From an uncultured archaeon (GTDB taxonomy: Archaea; Asgardarchaeota; Thorarchaeia; Thorarchaeales; Thorarchaeaceae), in assembly GCA_964458565.1 (NCBI GenBank), contig CAYWJO010000001.1, positions 96,001 to 160,000 of the forward strand: 64,000 nucleotides of DNA. The letters run 5' to 3'. The position numbers and the translations under genes are program-made. Of this stretch, positions 39,047 to 48,946 are shown one piece after another. The notes below the pieces were generated by a model. The model was not told where the DNA came from and did not search any database. It saw nothing but the letters and a program-made list of their open reading frames with translations. Each line of letters starts with the position of its first letter. The first letter of the stretch is position 1.

Positions 39047-39075
39047 GTTCGCCCCCTCACAATTTTAGGCAGAGA

Positions 39076-39534
39076 TTACTCTGCGTAATCCTCATCCGCC
39101 TCGGTGTCAGGCTCAAATTCATCATCAAACTCATCGTCTAACTGAGCTTCTATCTCAGCTTCAAGAGCATCGAGTTCTGCTTCCCTCTCGCGAATCGTTT
39201 CATCGATTGGAGTCATAAATTCAGGGACAACCTCATCCTCAGTATCATCACGCAGAGAAAGAAGTTCATCAGATGTCCTCTGATCGATGGCGCGTCTAGC
39301 GGCTCGGCCTGCATCAGTATAGGGAACATACGCACCACCTGCAAAGAGAATGTCACATTTCCCACATCGCCAAAGACCAGCAGCAGTTCGTTTCAAAGAT
39401 CCCTTTGTAGCGCAGGATGGACAACGATGAGGCTCGCTACGTCGCTTATCAATATCGAGTACCCTACGTCTGAGTTTGGCTCCATATCGAGGACCAAATC
39501 TTCCTGTGCTACCAACCTTCTTGGTACGTGCCAT
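39076..39534 (-). CDS. rpl37ae: 50S ribosomal protein L37ae (eL43) with long acidic C-terminal extension
   Basis: RTKKVGSTGRFGPRYG, CPSC ... GLWRCGKC...FAGGAYVP. Confidence 0.95.
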   Translation of the reverse strand: MARTKKVGSTGRFGPRYGAKLRRRVLDIDKRRSEPHRCPSCATKGSLKRTAAGLWRCGKCDILFAGGAYVPYTDAGRAARRAIDQRTSDELLSLRDDTEDEVVPEFMTPIDETIREREAELDALEAEIEAQLDDEFDDEFEPDTEADEDYAE

Positions 39535-39645
39535 TATTTTCTCACCCTGTATCTTGGGGTTATCAGTCGCCCTTCAATTTCACTTATTAGCATATCTATG
39601 TGTCAGAGGAGGAATCTGGAAAATCCAGACTCTCCAAGACAGTTA

Positions 39646-40482
39646 CTAATCTGTACCCTTTATTGTACGTTTTAGCAAAGTTCTGAGATCCTTTGTACGC
39701 TCCAAAGCAATACCCATTGCATGGTCTATGTCTTCAATAGAAAGCGGGCCTACACCACCACCCTTCTGTAGTGCGGTGAAATTGTCCTTCTCATCCACAG
39801 CCATGGTGAGTCTACAATCCTGAACCATTTCTTCACGCAGGGTTGGATCAAGAACGAGGTGTTTCCCAATTCGAGCAACCGTACATTCAATGGCCATATT
39901 TTGAATTGGAACTTCGAGTTCTTTTCCGGTCTGAACGAGTTCTCCTCCTTCAAGCTTCATCTCAGGAAACCTTGAAGTCATCATGGCAGCATTTGCAGCC
40001 AATGACGATGCATCTATTAGATTACCATCGTATTCGAGCGGATAAATATCGACAAATACCATGTAAACACTCTTGCCTTTCTCGATGCAGAGCTTCTTAA
40101 CATCAACAGTTTCGGACTCCCGGACTCCTCTATCAACAACTCGTGCTAATTCAATTGCGTCTTCTTTAGGAGGCCCTAGTTCAAACAACGGAGATGCAAT
40201 CGGTGGCATCTCAGCAGTAACCATCACAACACCCTCATCGGGATTGTCTGAATATGGTTCACCTGTCAGAACTTTGACTCCTGCAACAACAGTTGTATCG
40301 CCTATCCGAACAATTGCAGACCCCTCTGCTTTTGCAGGCACAACATCCATTTCAATTTGAATTTCTCGATATTCATCAAATGCACGTCCATCTACACGTT
40401 CATTCTTAGCTAAGAGATCCAACATGAAACGTCTGTCAATTTGACTAATTACTTCGGAACTAAAATCACCCATTTGACTCAT
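39646..40482 (-). CDS. rrp42: Exosome complex component Rrp42
   Basis: RVDGRAFDEYR, KAEGSA.VRIGDT.V.AGVK, FE.GPP.E.AIELARVVDRGVRES. Confidence 0.95.
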   Translation of the reverse strand: MSQMGDFSSEVISQIDRRFMLDLLAKNERVDGRAFDEYREIQIEMDVVPAKAEGSAIVRIGDTTVVAGVKVLTGEPYSDNPDEGVVMVTAEMPPIASPLFELGPPKEDAIELARVVDRGVRESETVDVKKLCIEKGKSVYMVFVDIYPLEYDGNLIDASSLAANAAMMTSRFPEMKLEGGELVQTGKELEVPIQNMAIECTVARIGKHLVLDPTLREEMVQDCRLTMAVDEKDNFTALQKGGGVGPLSIEDIDHAMGIALERTKDLRTLLKRTIKGTD

Positions 40483-41294
40483 TCCTCCATCAGGTCGGAT
40501 TCTCCAAGATCCGTTTCGAGATCATCTTCATAATCATCATCTTCATCATCATCTTCATCGAGCTCTGAAACTCGCTTTGCATATGCTCTCTTGAGAGCAT
40601 CTTTCTGGAGCTCATGGATATACTTCATCGCATTGATACCCAGCTGCATAGCCTCTAGAAGCTCTTCACGAGTGAAAGAGCCATCTTGCTGTAAGAGAGT
40701 AATTTCTCCTGTATCAGGAAGAATCGCCATGGGAATATCTCCCTGACCATACTTGTCCTCTTCATCTCCCAAGTCAACAAGTAATTGACCATCAGCTTTA
40801 CCCACAGCGACAGCAGGTACAAGAGTTTTCATAGGAATTCCTGCATCAGCAAGTGCCAATGATGCAGCGTTTATTGCTGCACATCTTGTTCCACCATCTG
40901 CTTGAATCACTTGTATAAACACATCAATAACAGCTCGGGGAAATTCCTCTAAGAATAATGCGGGTTGCAATGCATTAGAAATGACCATCGAAATCTCTCG
41001 CTCTCTTCGAGAAGGAGCGGGACGTTTTCGATCTGGTACAGAGAATGTTGCCATTCTGTACACACATCTTAGATAGGCTCTATCATTCAAAGTTAGGTGT
41101 CGTGGGTGTAACTCACGAGGACCATAGACGGCGGCAAGTATGTAAGTCTTCCCTTGTCTAATTAGGGCCGAACCGTCAGCCTGTTTTAAAACACCTACCT
41201 CTAATTGTATGGGACGCATCTCATCTGGACGTCTACCATCAACTCTCAATCCTTCAGGACTAATAAGAAAGTCCGGTTTAACTTCGGGGCTCAT
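40479..41294 (-). CDS. rrp41: Exosome complex exonuclease Rrp41
   Basis: RVDGRRPDEMRPI, AAVYGPRE.HP, YRMATFSV..RK.P.PSRRE.EIS, QADGGTR. Confidence 0.95.
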   Translation of the reverse strand: MSPEVKPDFLISPEGLRVDGRRPDEMRPIQLEVGVLKQADGSALIRQGKTYILAAVYGPRELHPRHLTLNDRAYLRCVYRMATFSVPDRKRPAPSRREREISMVISNALQPALFLEEFPRAVIDVFIQVIQADGGTRCAAINAASLALADAGIPMKTLVPAVAVGKADGQLLVDLGDEEDKYGQGDIPMAILPDTGEITLLQQDGSFTREELLEAMQLGINAMKYIHELQKDALKRAYAKRVSELDEDDDEDDDYEDDLETDLGESDLMEE

Positions 41295-42205
41295 TATTCT
41301 ATAACATCCTCCTCATTTTTATCAACATCTTCTTCATCTTTGGATTCCGTGAGAGTTTCTTCCTCTACCGGATCGACAATCTCATCTGATTCTGCTTCTT
41401 CTACTTGTGCTTCGTCCTCTTCAGGTTCTACTTCAGTAGTTTCTTCTTCATCAGGAATATCTGAGATGACCTCTATATCGTCATCGGCCTTTTCGTCAGT
41501 GGATGAATCTACTTCCTCATCCCTAAGACTCGCCATCTCTTCAACAAGCATTTGATTTACTCTGTCAGTCAACTTTGATGTGTGAGCTTCATCTTCAATC
41601 ATTCTAAATGCTTTAATTGCGAGACGAAGTATTGGGATATTGGGAGCTTTAATCCAAATTCTACCATTTTGTCCTACAACTGTTTGAATCTGAAGTTGAT
41701 TATTTACCATATTAATCATTGACCCTCTACGACCGATGATACGAGGTATCTTTGCGGGACTCACACGTAAAATCATTCCATCAGTAAGCTTGCGAAGACC
41801 ACGTCCCTTCATCGATAGATAGGGACCACTAACTCGATCAAATGCAATTACTTCTGCAGTCACAACATCTCCGATATCCATGTATCGTGAGATATCATCA
41901 TCATATGGACGTCTCAAGGCATTGTTTGCATGCAATGAGGCCTGATATGGACCTCCGATGTCAATCTTCCAATTGTTTCCTGCAACTATTGTTATTGTTC
42001 CAAGTACAAGGTCTCCTTCTCGCGGAATATATACACCCTCGAGAGGCACAACCTTTACTGTATTACCACGAAGCTCTGCAAGCCCGACTACTGCGGCAAA
42101 TATCCGCTCACCATCATCGTAAGTTCCTACTGATGGTCGGTATCTGCCTTCTGCAAGTAACTGGCCTGGTACTACAACTTCGCGTTTCTGAAAATATACT
42201 GCCAA
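41294..42205 (-). CDS. rrp4: Exosome complex RNA-binding protein Rrp4 with acidic tail
   Basis: VVVPGQLL, VPLEG.YIP..GD.V.G (S1), KIPRIIGR.GSMI (KH), GQNGRIW, AHTS.LTDR. Confidence 0.95.
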   Translation of the reverse strand: MAVYFQKREVVVPGQLLAEGRYRPSVGTYDDGERIFAAVVGLAELRGNTVKVVPLEGVYIPREGDLVLGTITIVAGNNWKIDIGGPYQASLHANNALRRPYDDDISRYMDIGDVVTAEVIAFDRVSGPYLSMKGRGLRKLTDGMILRVSPAKIPRIIGRRGSMINMVNNQLQIQTVVGQNGRIWIKAPNIPILRLAIKAFRMIEDEAHTSKLTDRVNQMLVEEMASLRDEEVDSSTDEKADDDIEVISDIPDEEETTEVEPEEDEAQVEEAESDEIVDPVEEETLTESKDEEDVDKNEEDVIE

Positions 42206-42254
42206 TTTATTCCCTCTATTATTTTATTATCGTAATTTCTGTCTTGATTAGTAA

Positions 42255-42977
42255 TTATCTGACTATGTCTATCTTTACTTGGCCCTTTGTTAGTTTGGAG
42301 AGATCATCATACAGACTCTGTCTTTGTGACGCCGGTAATTCTACTAGGCCAGTCCATGATCCATTTTGCTCCCAAGATTCGGATTTGATTATTCCAGCTG
42401 AGGCAACCATATTGTATCCCTTACCAGAGAAAGCAGCTGGAATCGTTATTTGCAGCTTCACACTCTCAAAGGAAATTGGTAGAATCACAAGTAAGGACTT
42501 TACAACGGTTTGAACCTGTTCTTCAACATCGATAAAAGGATTCACATGAATCTTGGCCTCTTCCATTGCTTGGCGAATCCGATCGGGAGGGTGTGGATGA
42601 CCAGTCTGCGGATTCATAGCACGTTTTGATATGTATGTGATTATTGCCTCAGTTTTCTCCGCCTCAAGCTGTTTCCGTTGTTCATGAGTTAGCTTGAATT
42701 CACCATGCTTGATTATCTCCTGAGCTATCTCAAAGATATCTGTTGAACCAAAATGATCTTCTAGCAACTCATCCTGAGCTCTCTCTCCACGTCTTGCATC
42801 TTCATACAGTTCATATGATTTGAGAATAGATTCAATTGGTATATCTTCTCCACGTCTATATTTGAAAGCCAAATCTGTGTCCACAAAAATCTCATAACGT
42901 AAATGCTCCCTCTTCAGACCAACCACTACTGCATCTAGGTCTAACCACTTTTCTCCGGACTTTCTCTCACCAGCCAA
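42255..42977 (-). CDS. sdo1: Ribosome maturation factor SBDS/Sdo1
   Basis: G..FEI.VD-like, G.FKLT.EQR, NPQT..PHPP.RI..AMEEA; TTG start. Confidence 0.92.
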   Translation of the reverse strand: MAGERKSGEKWLDLDAVVVGLKREHLRYEIFVDTDLAFKYRRGEDIPIESILKSYELYEDARRGERAQDELLEDHFGSTDIFEIAQEIIKHGEFKLTHEQRKQLEAEKTEAIITYISKRAMNPQTGHPHPPDRIRQAMEEAKIHVNPFIDVEEQVQTVVKSLLVILPISFESVKLQITIPAAFSGKGYNMVASAGIIKSESWEQNGSWTGLVELPASQRQSLYDDLSKLTKGQVKIDIVR

Positions 42978-42992
42978 TTATCAATTCATCTC

Positions 42993-43727
42993 CTAATCGT
43001 TTGATTTCGGACTCGTTGGGTTCAGGAAAGCATCAATCTCATTTGATTCCAGTTTTTTGTATTCCCCTGTTTTCAAAGGAATGTGAGCAATTTCAGTATT
43101 TTCTGTTGAGAATTCAGTGTCTGTTGCATTTCGTAATGTGTCAAGTGCAAGGTTTGTTGCTTGTTTTAGCGTCATCGTTTTCTTGTAATGTTTCAGAAGG
43201 TATTCTCCAGCAGCAGCAGCCCCACGGCCAATAACGGCTGCAAGGTATCCCCAATAAGTACCAACAGGATCAGTGACAAATAGTCTGGGAGAGTTATCAG
43301 GATCAACAGAACCTATAATCATGGCAACTCCATACGGACGCGCTCCACCACCTTGTGTGTATTGTGCCTTCACATCACATATATGTTCAGCTAGTGCTTC
43401 AGCTGGGATTAGTTCTTCATAGGTCAGCCAATAAGATTGAGCCTTTACTCTTGCCTCTTGAATTAACCTTCTAGCATCTGCCATGAAACCTGAGGTGGCT
43501 ACTCCGATGTGTGTATCAATCTTCGATATCTTCTCTACACTATCAGCCTCTTGGAGAGGAAGTACTCTCTTCTCTGCGAGTAAAACTACACCTTCCTTGC
43601 AGAGAACACCTATCGATGTGGCACCTTGCTCAACTGCTTTCTTTGCATATTCTGCTGCAAAGATACGACCTTCAGGGCTGAATATGCTTGTGGACATGTC
43701 ATATCCAGCGCCAGATACACCAAACAC
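42993..43727 (-). CDS. psmA: Proteasome alpha subunit
   Basis: GYD....IFSPEGR....EYA.KAV..G.T, EKI.KID.HIG...SG..ADAR, YTQ.GG.RPYGV, TDP.G. Confidence 0.95.
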   Translation of the reverse strand: MFGVSGAGYDMSTSIFSPEGRIFAAEYAKKAVEQGATSIGVLCKEGVVLLAEKRVLPLQEADSVEKISKIDTHIGVATSGFMADARRLIQEARVKAQSYWLTYEELIPAEALAEHICDVKAQYTQGGGARPYGVAMIIGSVDPDNSPRLFVTDPVGTYWGYLAAVIGRGAAAAGEYLLKHYKKTMTLKQATNLALDTLRNATDTEFSTENTEIAHIPLKTGEYKKLESNEIDAFLNPTSPKSND

Positions 43728-43914
43728 GCGCTTTCCTCCAATTAGTCTGTCTGCGGCGCTCCGGAAGCTAGAACCTCATAAGAATGGGCGTAACCCAGCA
43801 ATTCCGGTCAGCTGAATCAAGACTATAATAGCAAGAGAGTATAATGTCTCTTTGCTTCATCGAGCTATCCTTGGTCAAGCCAATTAAAGCTTCTGGTAGG
43901 CATCTGAATCAGAA

Positions 43915-44316
43915 TCATTCTTGAAGTAGATAGAGATACCCAATAAATGCCAAAGATAAGACTCCGGTCGCCAATCCAACGCTATCGCCAAACATCATCC
44001 ACGATATTGCTACGACTATAATGAAAACAAGGATGATCTCAGTCCATCCAGCACGAATTCTTGTCATAAACAATCGAAGATTGATAGTTGTAGTAGTAAG
44101 AAACACAAAAGCGAGGAACATTGTGAACACTTCAATAACCGGTGCTAGTACCGGATTTACTGTATTTAACCATGTTACTGGAGTTGCTACTTCAGAAGCT
44201 GTCCACGCCCAAAATGCAATTGCAATAACGAGGAAAACTACTGTGAAGAATACTGTGATGACCGTTGATCTAACAATCTCGTCTCTTTCGGGGATGTCAT
44301 CGCTCACTTTCGTCAC
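43915..44316 (-). CDS. Hypothetical four-TM membrane protein
   Basis: Four hydrophobic helices; RAGW.E motif. Confidence 0.65.
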   Translation of the reverse strand: MTKVSDDIPERDEIVRSTVITVFFTVVFLVIAIAFWAWTASEVATPVTWLNTVNPVLAPVIEVFTMFLAFVFLTTTTINLRLFMTRIRAGWTEIILVFIIVVAISWMMFGDSVGLATGVLSLAFIGYLYLLQE

Positions 44317-44368
44317 ACCGACCTTTGCCCTCGAAAAATCTGTTCCTTACTTAAACGTAGCGACCGGT

Positions 44369-45547
44369 TCAAGTTTGTTCTCTTTTTGGGATAAATGTGA
44401 AAATTATCATCGCTGCTGCGAAATTCATTAACGCCTTAACAAAGAATGGAAGTTGAGGAGAGATTGTTATTAGAAATGCAGCGAGCAAGGGACCCACAAA
44501 TAGACTTGATCGAATGACCATTGAGAATAAACCCATCCTAGTAGCTCGTTCGGTTTTAGGATATAAGTTCGAGATAATCAATGGAGGGATTGCTGTGTCA
44601 ACAGTGTCTAAGGCAACCCAGATACAATACAAAAGAAGACTATAAACAGGATTGACAAATATTCCAAAAAGAGTGACCGTTATTGCTAAAGCAATCCATC
44701 CTGGTACAAGGGATGCCTTTATTCCAACACGGTCTATAAATAAACCGGATAGTAGACTAAACAAAGCAATAACAAGAGTTGATATCGATATCATTGTTCC
44801 ATATAGTAGAGCGTTGTCTTCTCCAAGAAATAATGGAACGTACCATGAGAGACCCTGAGATGAAATCCCATCCAGCGCAAAAGCTAAGACAATAACAAGC
44901 ATCAAGCTCTCAACCGAAAAAGACCTAGTTTTATCAGTCTCGGAGGATTGCAACTCTTCAATATCAGAGATTTCCTGAATTGGAATCAATGCAATCGCAG
45001 ATAGAGCTAGTCCTAATGCACCAATGAATAGCATCACTTCCAACTGACCTATGACGTAAAGGTATGCACCAATATAGACAGTGAGGGCAGGAGGGATTGA
45101 TGGGAGCACCCGTTCTGCAAACATATAGTTACGTGTCTTTTTCCTTGGTTGACTGCTTTCCATAAGTAACATTGATGCAGCAGGCAATCGAATTCCACCC
45201 CCTATGAAAACAAGGAGATACCCCATGATGGAGCCAATGATTATTGTAGTGAGGTCCGTTACTAACAGACGGAGAAAGAGAATGAACAGAGGACCAAAAA
45301 TAGATATCAATCTTCCTGCCATAATAAGAGCAGAGCGGCCTATTCTATCTGCGAGATGGCCTCCAATAGGATAGAATATCGCTGATGCTAATGCGACGAT
45401 TGAGAAGAATAGACCAACGAACGCAACAGAACTAAAGAGCTGTCCAAAATAATAGGGCATAAACATTATCCAGATACCATTCGCTGTAACTGCTATGGTG
45501 TTGCTAATCGTCATTGATAATACATTGTTCGTACCCTCTCTCTTCAT
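44369..45547 (-). CDS. MFS transporter
   Basis: GG.LADRIGR and G.FIDRVG motif A; about 12 TM helices. Confidence 0.88.
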   Translation of the reverse strand: MKREGTNNVLSMTISNTIAVTANGIWIMFMPYYFGQLFSSVAFVGLFFSIVALASAIFYPIGGHLADRIGRSALIMAGRLISIFGPLFILFLRLLVTDLTTIIIGSIMGYLLVFIGGGIRLPAASMLLMESSQPRKKTRNYMFAERVLPSIPPALTVYIGAYLYVIGQLEVMLFIGALGLALSAIALIPIQEISDIEELQSSETDKTRSFSVESLMLVIVLAFALDGISSQGLSWYVPLFLGEDNALLYGTMISISTLVIALFSLLSGLFIDRVGIKASLVPGWIALAITVTLFGIFVNPVYSLLLYCIWVALDTVDTAIPPLIISNLYPKTERATRMGLFSMVIRSSLFVGPLLAAFLITISPQLPFFVKALMNFAAAMIIFTFIPKREQT

Positions 45548-45592
45548 GAAATTTTATCAATTAGGCGATGCATATTAATTATCACATTACTG

Positions 45593-46546
45593 TCAGTGAT
45601 CAGTTGAATGGTTGGGTGTACCGCCTTCAAGTGTAGTTTCGCGGAAGATCTCAACAGAGGAATATGACGGAGGAGGGATATCTTCCTCTGGGACCCTATT
45701 CCGATAAGACCGAATTTGTAGGGCGACAACATACGACATTGCTGCGACAATACCTGCAATTGCACTAGGTGATGCTCTGATAGCCAGTGAAGAAGCCAAT
45801 CCAATCATTTCTGAAAAGAGTGCAATGAAAAATACAGCAACCATTACTGAACGAACTGAATTGAAAATCTCATTGGATGCTGCTGCGGGTGCGACCAGAA
45901 TTGCAAAAACAAGAATAGCTCCAACAGCTTTTGTAGCAAGAGCAATAGCAAGAGCTGATGTTATGAGCATCAGATAATGATATGCACGTGCATTCATTCC
46001 ATGAGCCAATGAGCCTTCCATATCAACACTGACATAGATGAACTCCTTATTGAAAATTAAAGTGATAATCACCAGAAGGATTGCAATAGCTGCAAGAAGC
46101 ACAACATCTACGTAGCCAAGTAATAGAATATCTCCCACTAAGTATCCCCATACTTGTGGGACCTGAGTCGGAGGAATATAGTACATTAGAAATACTGCGA
46201 TACTCATAGATAAAGCAAAAGAAACTCCAACTGCAACCTCCATTCTTTGTGAGATTCCGGTTTCTCCTGCATAGCCTGTGACAATAGCCACAAAAACGCT
46301 GAAAATGAGTGCACCCATCATAGGATCAAACCAGGGTATAATACCAGAAGTCTGGAGGAATAAACCAAGAGCTGCACCCCCAAGAGCTGCATGAGCAACA
46401 CCTGCTGTCAGGAATGATAATCCTCTGAATACCAAAAATGTACCGCTACTTGATGCAACAAGGGCGATAAAAATGGACCCAATTATTGCACGGATAATGA
46501 AGGGAGAAGATAGAATCTCTTGAAAAATATCAATCATGGCGATCAA
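45593..46546 (-). CDS. znuB: Zn/Mn ABC transporter permease
   Basis: GTFLVFRGLSFL..GVAHAALGG, YL.GDIL, K.VGAILV.A.LV.PAA. Confidence 0.88.
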   Translation of the reverse strand: MIAMIDIFQEILSSPFIIRAIIGSIFIALVASSSGTFLVFRGLSFLTAGVAHAALGGAALGLFLQTSGIIPWFDPMMGALIFSVFVAIVTGYAGETGISQRMEVAVGVSFALSMSIAVFLMYYIPPTQVPQVWGYLVGDILLLGYVDVVLLAAIAILLVIITLIFNKEFIYVSVDMEGSLAHGMNARAYHYLMLITSALAIALATKAVGAILVFAILVAPAAASNEIFNSVRSVMVAVFFIALFSEMIGLASSLAIRASPSAIAGIVAAMSYVVALQIRSYRNRVPEEDIPPPSYSSVEIFRETTLEGGTPNHSTDH

Positions 46547-47333
46547 ATCCTGAGTCTCTTGTCACGCAATATCGATGACCCGCGTATTCAACTACTTTAG
46601 CAGTGGGGCCATAGACCTTTTTTAGAATCTCTGGATCCATTACATCACAGGGAGTCCCAATACCTACTATTGTGTTTTTCAAAAGAAGAACGTCGTGCAC
46701 ATAACTATGAATAGGATTCAAGTCATGAGTGATCATGATTATGTTCACATTGTTTTCCTTATGGAATTTGCCAAGAGCCTCTACTATCAAATCCTGACTT
46801 TCAGCATCAGTACCGGCCAAAGGCTCATCAAGAATCATCACAGACCCCTCACTTGCTAATGCTCTGGCAACAAGTACTCTCTGGCGTTGTCCACCTGATA
46901 ACTCTGGAAATGGACGATTCCAAAAATCTTCCATATGGACTTGTTTCAATGCGTTACGAGAGAGTTCTTTATCTTTTCCCGATGTAAATCTTGGTGGACT
47001 CTTCTTAAGTAAGCGGCCCATCAAAACTATATCTTTCACCTTAAGTGGTACGTTTTGCTCTATCCGGTCTTTCTGAGGTACGTACCTCACAAGTTTCCTA
47101 ATCTTTTGCGTTTCCTTGACAGAATCATATCCCATTATCTTGATGTACCCCTGAAGAGGAGTAAGTAATCCCAGGGCGGTTTTGACCAAGGTGCTTTTTC
47201 CTGACCCATTTGGTCCAATAATTGCTGTGAAACTTGGCGCATTGATACTGAAACTCACATTATGAAGAGCTAGCTCTCCATTTGGATATCTGACTGCAAG
47301 CCCATCGGCTTCAAACATCGGAGGTGATGACAT
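46530..47333 (-). CDS. znuC: Zn/Mn ABC transporter ATPase
   Basis: GPNGSGKST, YVPQ, ELSGGQRQRVLVARAL, LDEP.AG.D, ITHDL. Confidence 0.88.
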   Translation of the reverse strand: MSSPPMFEADGLAVRYPNGELALHNVSFSINAPSFTAIIGPNGSGKSTLVKTALGLLTPLQGYIKIMGYDSVKETQKIRKLVRYVPQKDRIEQNVPLKVKDIVLMGRLLKKSPPRFTSGKDKELSRNALKQVHMEDFWNRPFPELSGGQRQRVLVARALASEGSVMILDEPLAGTDAESQDLIVEALGKFHKENNVNIIMITHDLNPIHSYVHDVLLLKNTIVGIGTPCDVMDPEILKKVYGPTAKVVEYAGHRYCVTRDSGFDRHD

Positions 47334-47466
47334 TAGAGTAACCTCAATCTATATGATTCAACAAACAAACAGATACAGTTTGTGATTCTTTAATAAGGTC
47401 CCCATTCAATAGGGTTTTTATCATTATCAACTGCTTACATTAAGTAGAAGATGGAGGTCTCGAATC

Positions 47467-48522
47467 TTGAATAAACACAAGTCGATAATCATCGTATTCT
47501 GCCTTTTCCTAGCTGGAATATATATTCAAGGTGCGACACAAGCTCAAACAACATCACTTTCAGTTGTTGTATCAATAGCACCACTTGCAGGGATTGTTCA
47601 AGAGGTTGGAGGTGAATTGATAGATACCTCTGTGATTATGCCTGAAGGTATTGAACCACATACCTTTACCTTAACACCTGAAGATGTGCTTCTAGCAGAA
47701 TCAGCAGACCTCCTAGTACTCACAGGTCATTTTACTTGGGAGGCGGATCTTCTTGAACAAGTAAATACTAGATTCATTACATTCGACAACCCGGAATCCA
47801 TAGCAAACTACAAGGATCAGGGAGCAAGATATTCCCCCATGCCAGGGCATCATGTGGAGGATAGTGAGTATGGTCATGAAGATGGAAACCCTCATGCATG
47901 GTGGATGTTACCTTCAAATGCACTTGCAATAGCAAACACAACAAAGATTGCACTGTCTTTATTGAATTCTACAGCCGCTGCAACTTGGAATGCAAATTTT
48001 GAGGAATTTGTCAGAGATATTGAAACATTTAATGATCTCATATCCACAATAGACGATGCCTATGGTTTCTCGAACATGCATGCAGTCACTGTTTTTCCAG
48101 CAGAGGCGTATGTTGCAGAAGCATTCGGAATAACAGTTACAGCTGTACTTCAGGTAGATCAGGTATTCATAGACGCAGCAGCACTATTAGAGGTTGAGGG
48201 GGGCTTACGGAATGGATCAATACAGTTGATATTAGGATCTGACGTAGCTCGATTGCAAACAGGTGGTCAATTTGCACTACAATTATCACAAGACTCTGGT
48301 ACTCCGCTGATTTGGTGGCAGACTCTCTTCTCTGATGGGCTCTCAGACTATCTAGCTATTATGACAATCAATTTGGGTGCTCTGACAACAGGATTAGATG
48401 AAGATGTAGGCCCAGCAACCTCCGAAGCTATTAACATTGTTCTGTTAGCGATAGTGGGAGTATTAGGAGTGATTGTTGTTATCGAAACTCTACTTATTGT
48501 ACTGAGAGCAAGAGTGGAGTGA
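47467..48522 (+). CDS. znuA: Zn/Mn ABC transporter substrate-binding protein with C-terminal TM anchor
   Basis: Signal peptide, P.G.EPH.F..TP, His-rich loop and NPH.W..P. Confidence 0.85.
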   Translation: MNKHKSIIIVFCLFLAGIYIQGATQAQTTSLSVVVSIAPLAGIVQEVGGELIDTSVIMPEGIEPHTFTLTPEDVLLAESADLLVLTGHFTWEADLLEQVNTRFITFDNPESIANYKDQGARYSPMPGHHVEDSEYGHEDGNPHAWWMLPSNALAIANTTKIALSLLNSTAAATWNANFEEFVRDIETFNDLISTIDDAYGFSNMHAVTVFPAEAYVAEAFGITVTAVLQVDQVFIDAAALLEVEGGLRNGSIQLILGSDVARLQTGGQFALQLSQDSGTPLIWWQTLFSDGLSDYLAIMTINLGALTTGLDEDVGPATSEAINIVLLAIVGVLGVIVVIETLLIVLRARVE

Positions 48523-48535
48523 GGAAACGTAGAGA

Positions 48536-48946
48536 TTACATCTCAACATTTGTGCCTAATCGCATATTGTAAATCTCAAACTCTAGACGTGTCAATTCAT
48601 CTTGAATCTGTGTGTACTGTTTTTCAAACTCGGTGGAGCCAAGAATTCCAGCTTTTTTTGCCTCTACGAGACGCTTGAGTTCTCTTTGCTTCTCTGAAAT
48701 CTGTCGTTTGAGCTCTTCCCATTTTTCTGGATCTGAATGTATAGATGAGTCCCAAGATGCACTGGAACCTTTCGTTTGATCAAGTTTTTGGACAATGTCA
48801 TTCAGTGAGTCACGAATCTTATCATTCGAATCAGTATCCTGAGAGTCCTTACTCAAACAAATCACCAGCAAACGAATCCAAGTAATTACCCGTTTTATGC
48901 ATTGAGATATATCGTTATTGAAGCAAGAATGGAAGTATTGGGACAA
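48536..48946 (-). CDS. Small coiled-coil protein with SHOCT-like C-terminus
   Basis: ELKRL.E.KKAGIL...EFEKQ pattern; true start probably near 48859. Confidence 0.55.
   Translation of the reverse strand: MSQYFHSCFNNDISQCIKRVITWIRLLVICLSKDSQDTDSNDKIRDSLNDIVQKLDQTKGSSASWDSSIHSDPEKWEELKRQISEKQRELKRLVEAKKAGILGSTEFEKQYTQIQDELTRLEFEIYNMRLGTNVEM

Noticed and set aside
41842-42513. 223-aa + strand ORF and the many other short antisense ORFs
   Set aside because: They are shadows of well-conserved genes on the opposite strand with no recognisable motifs
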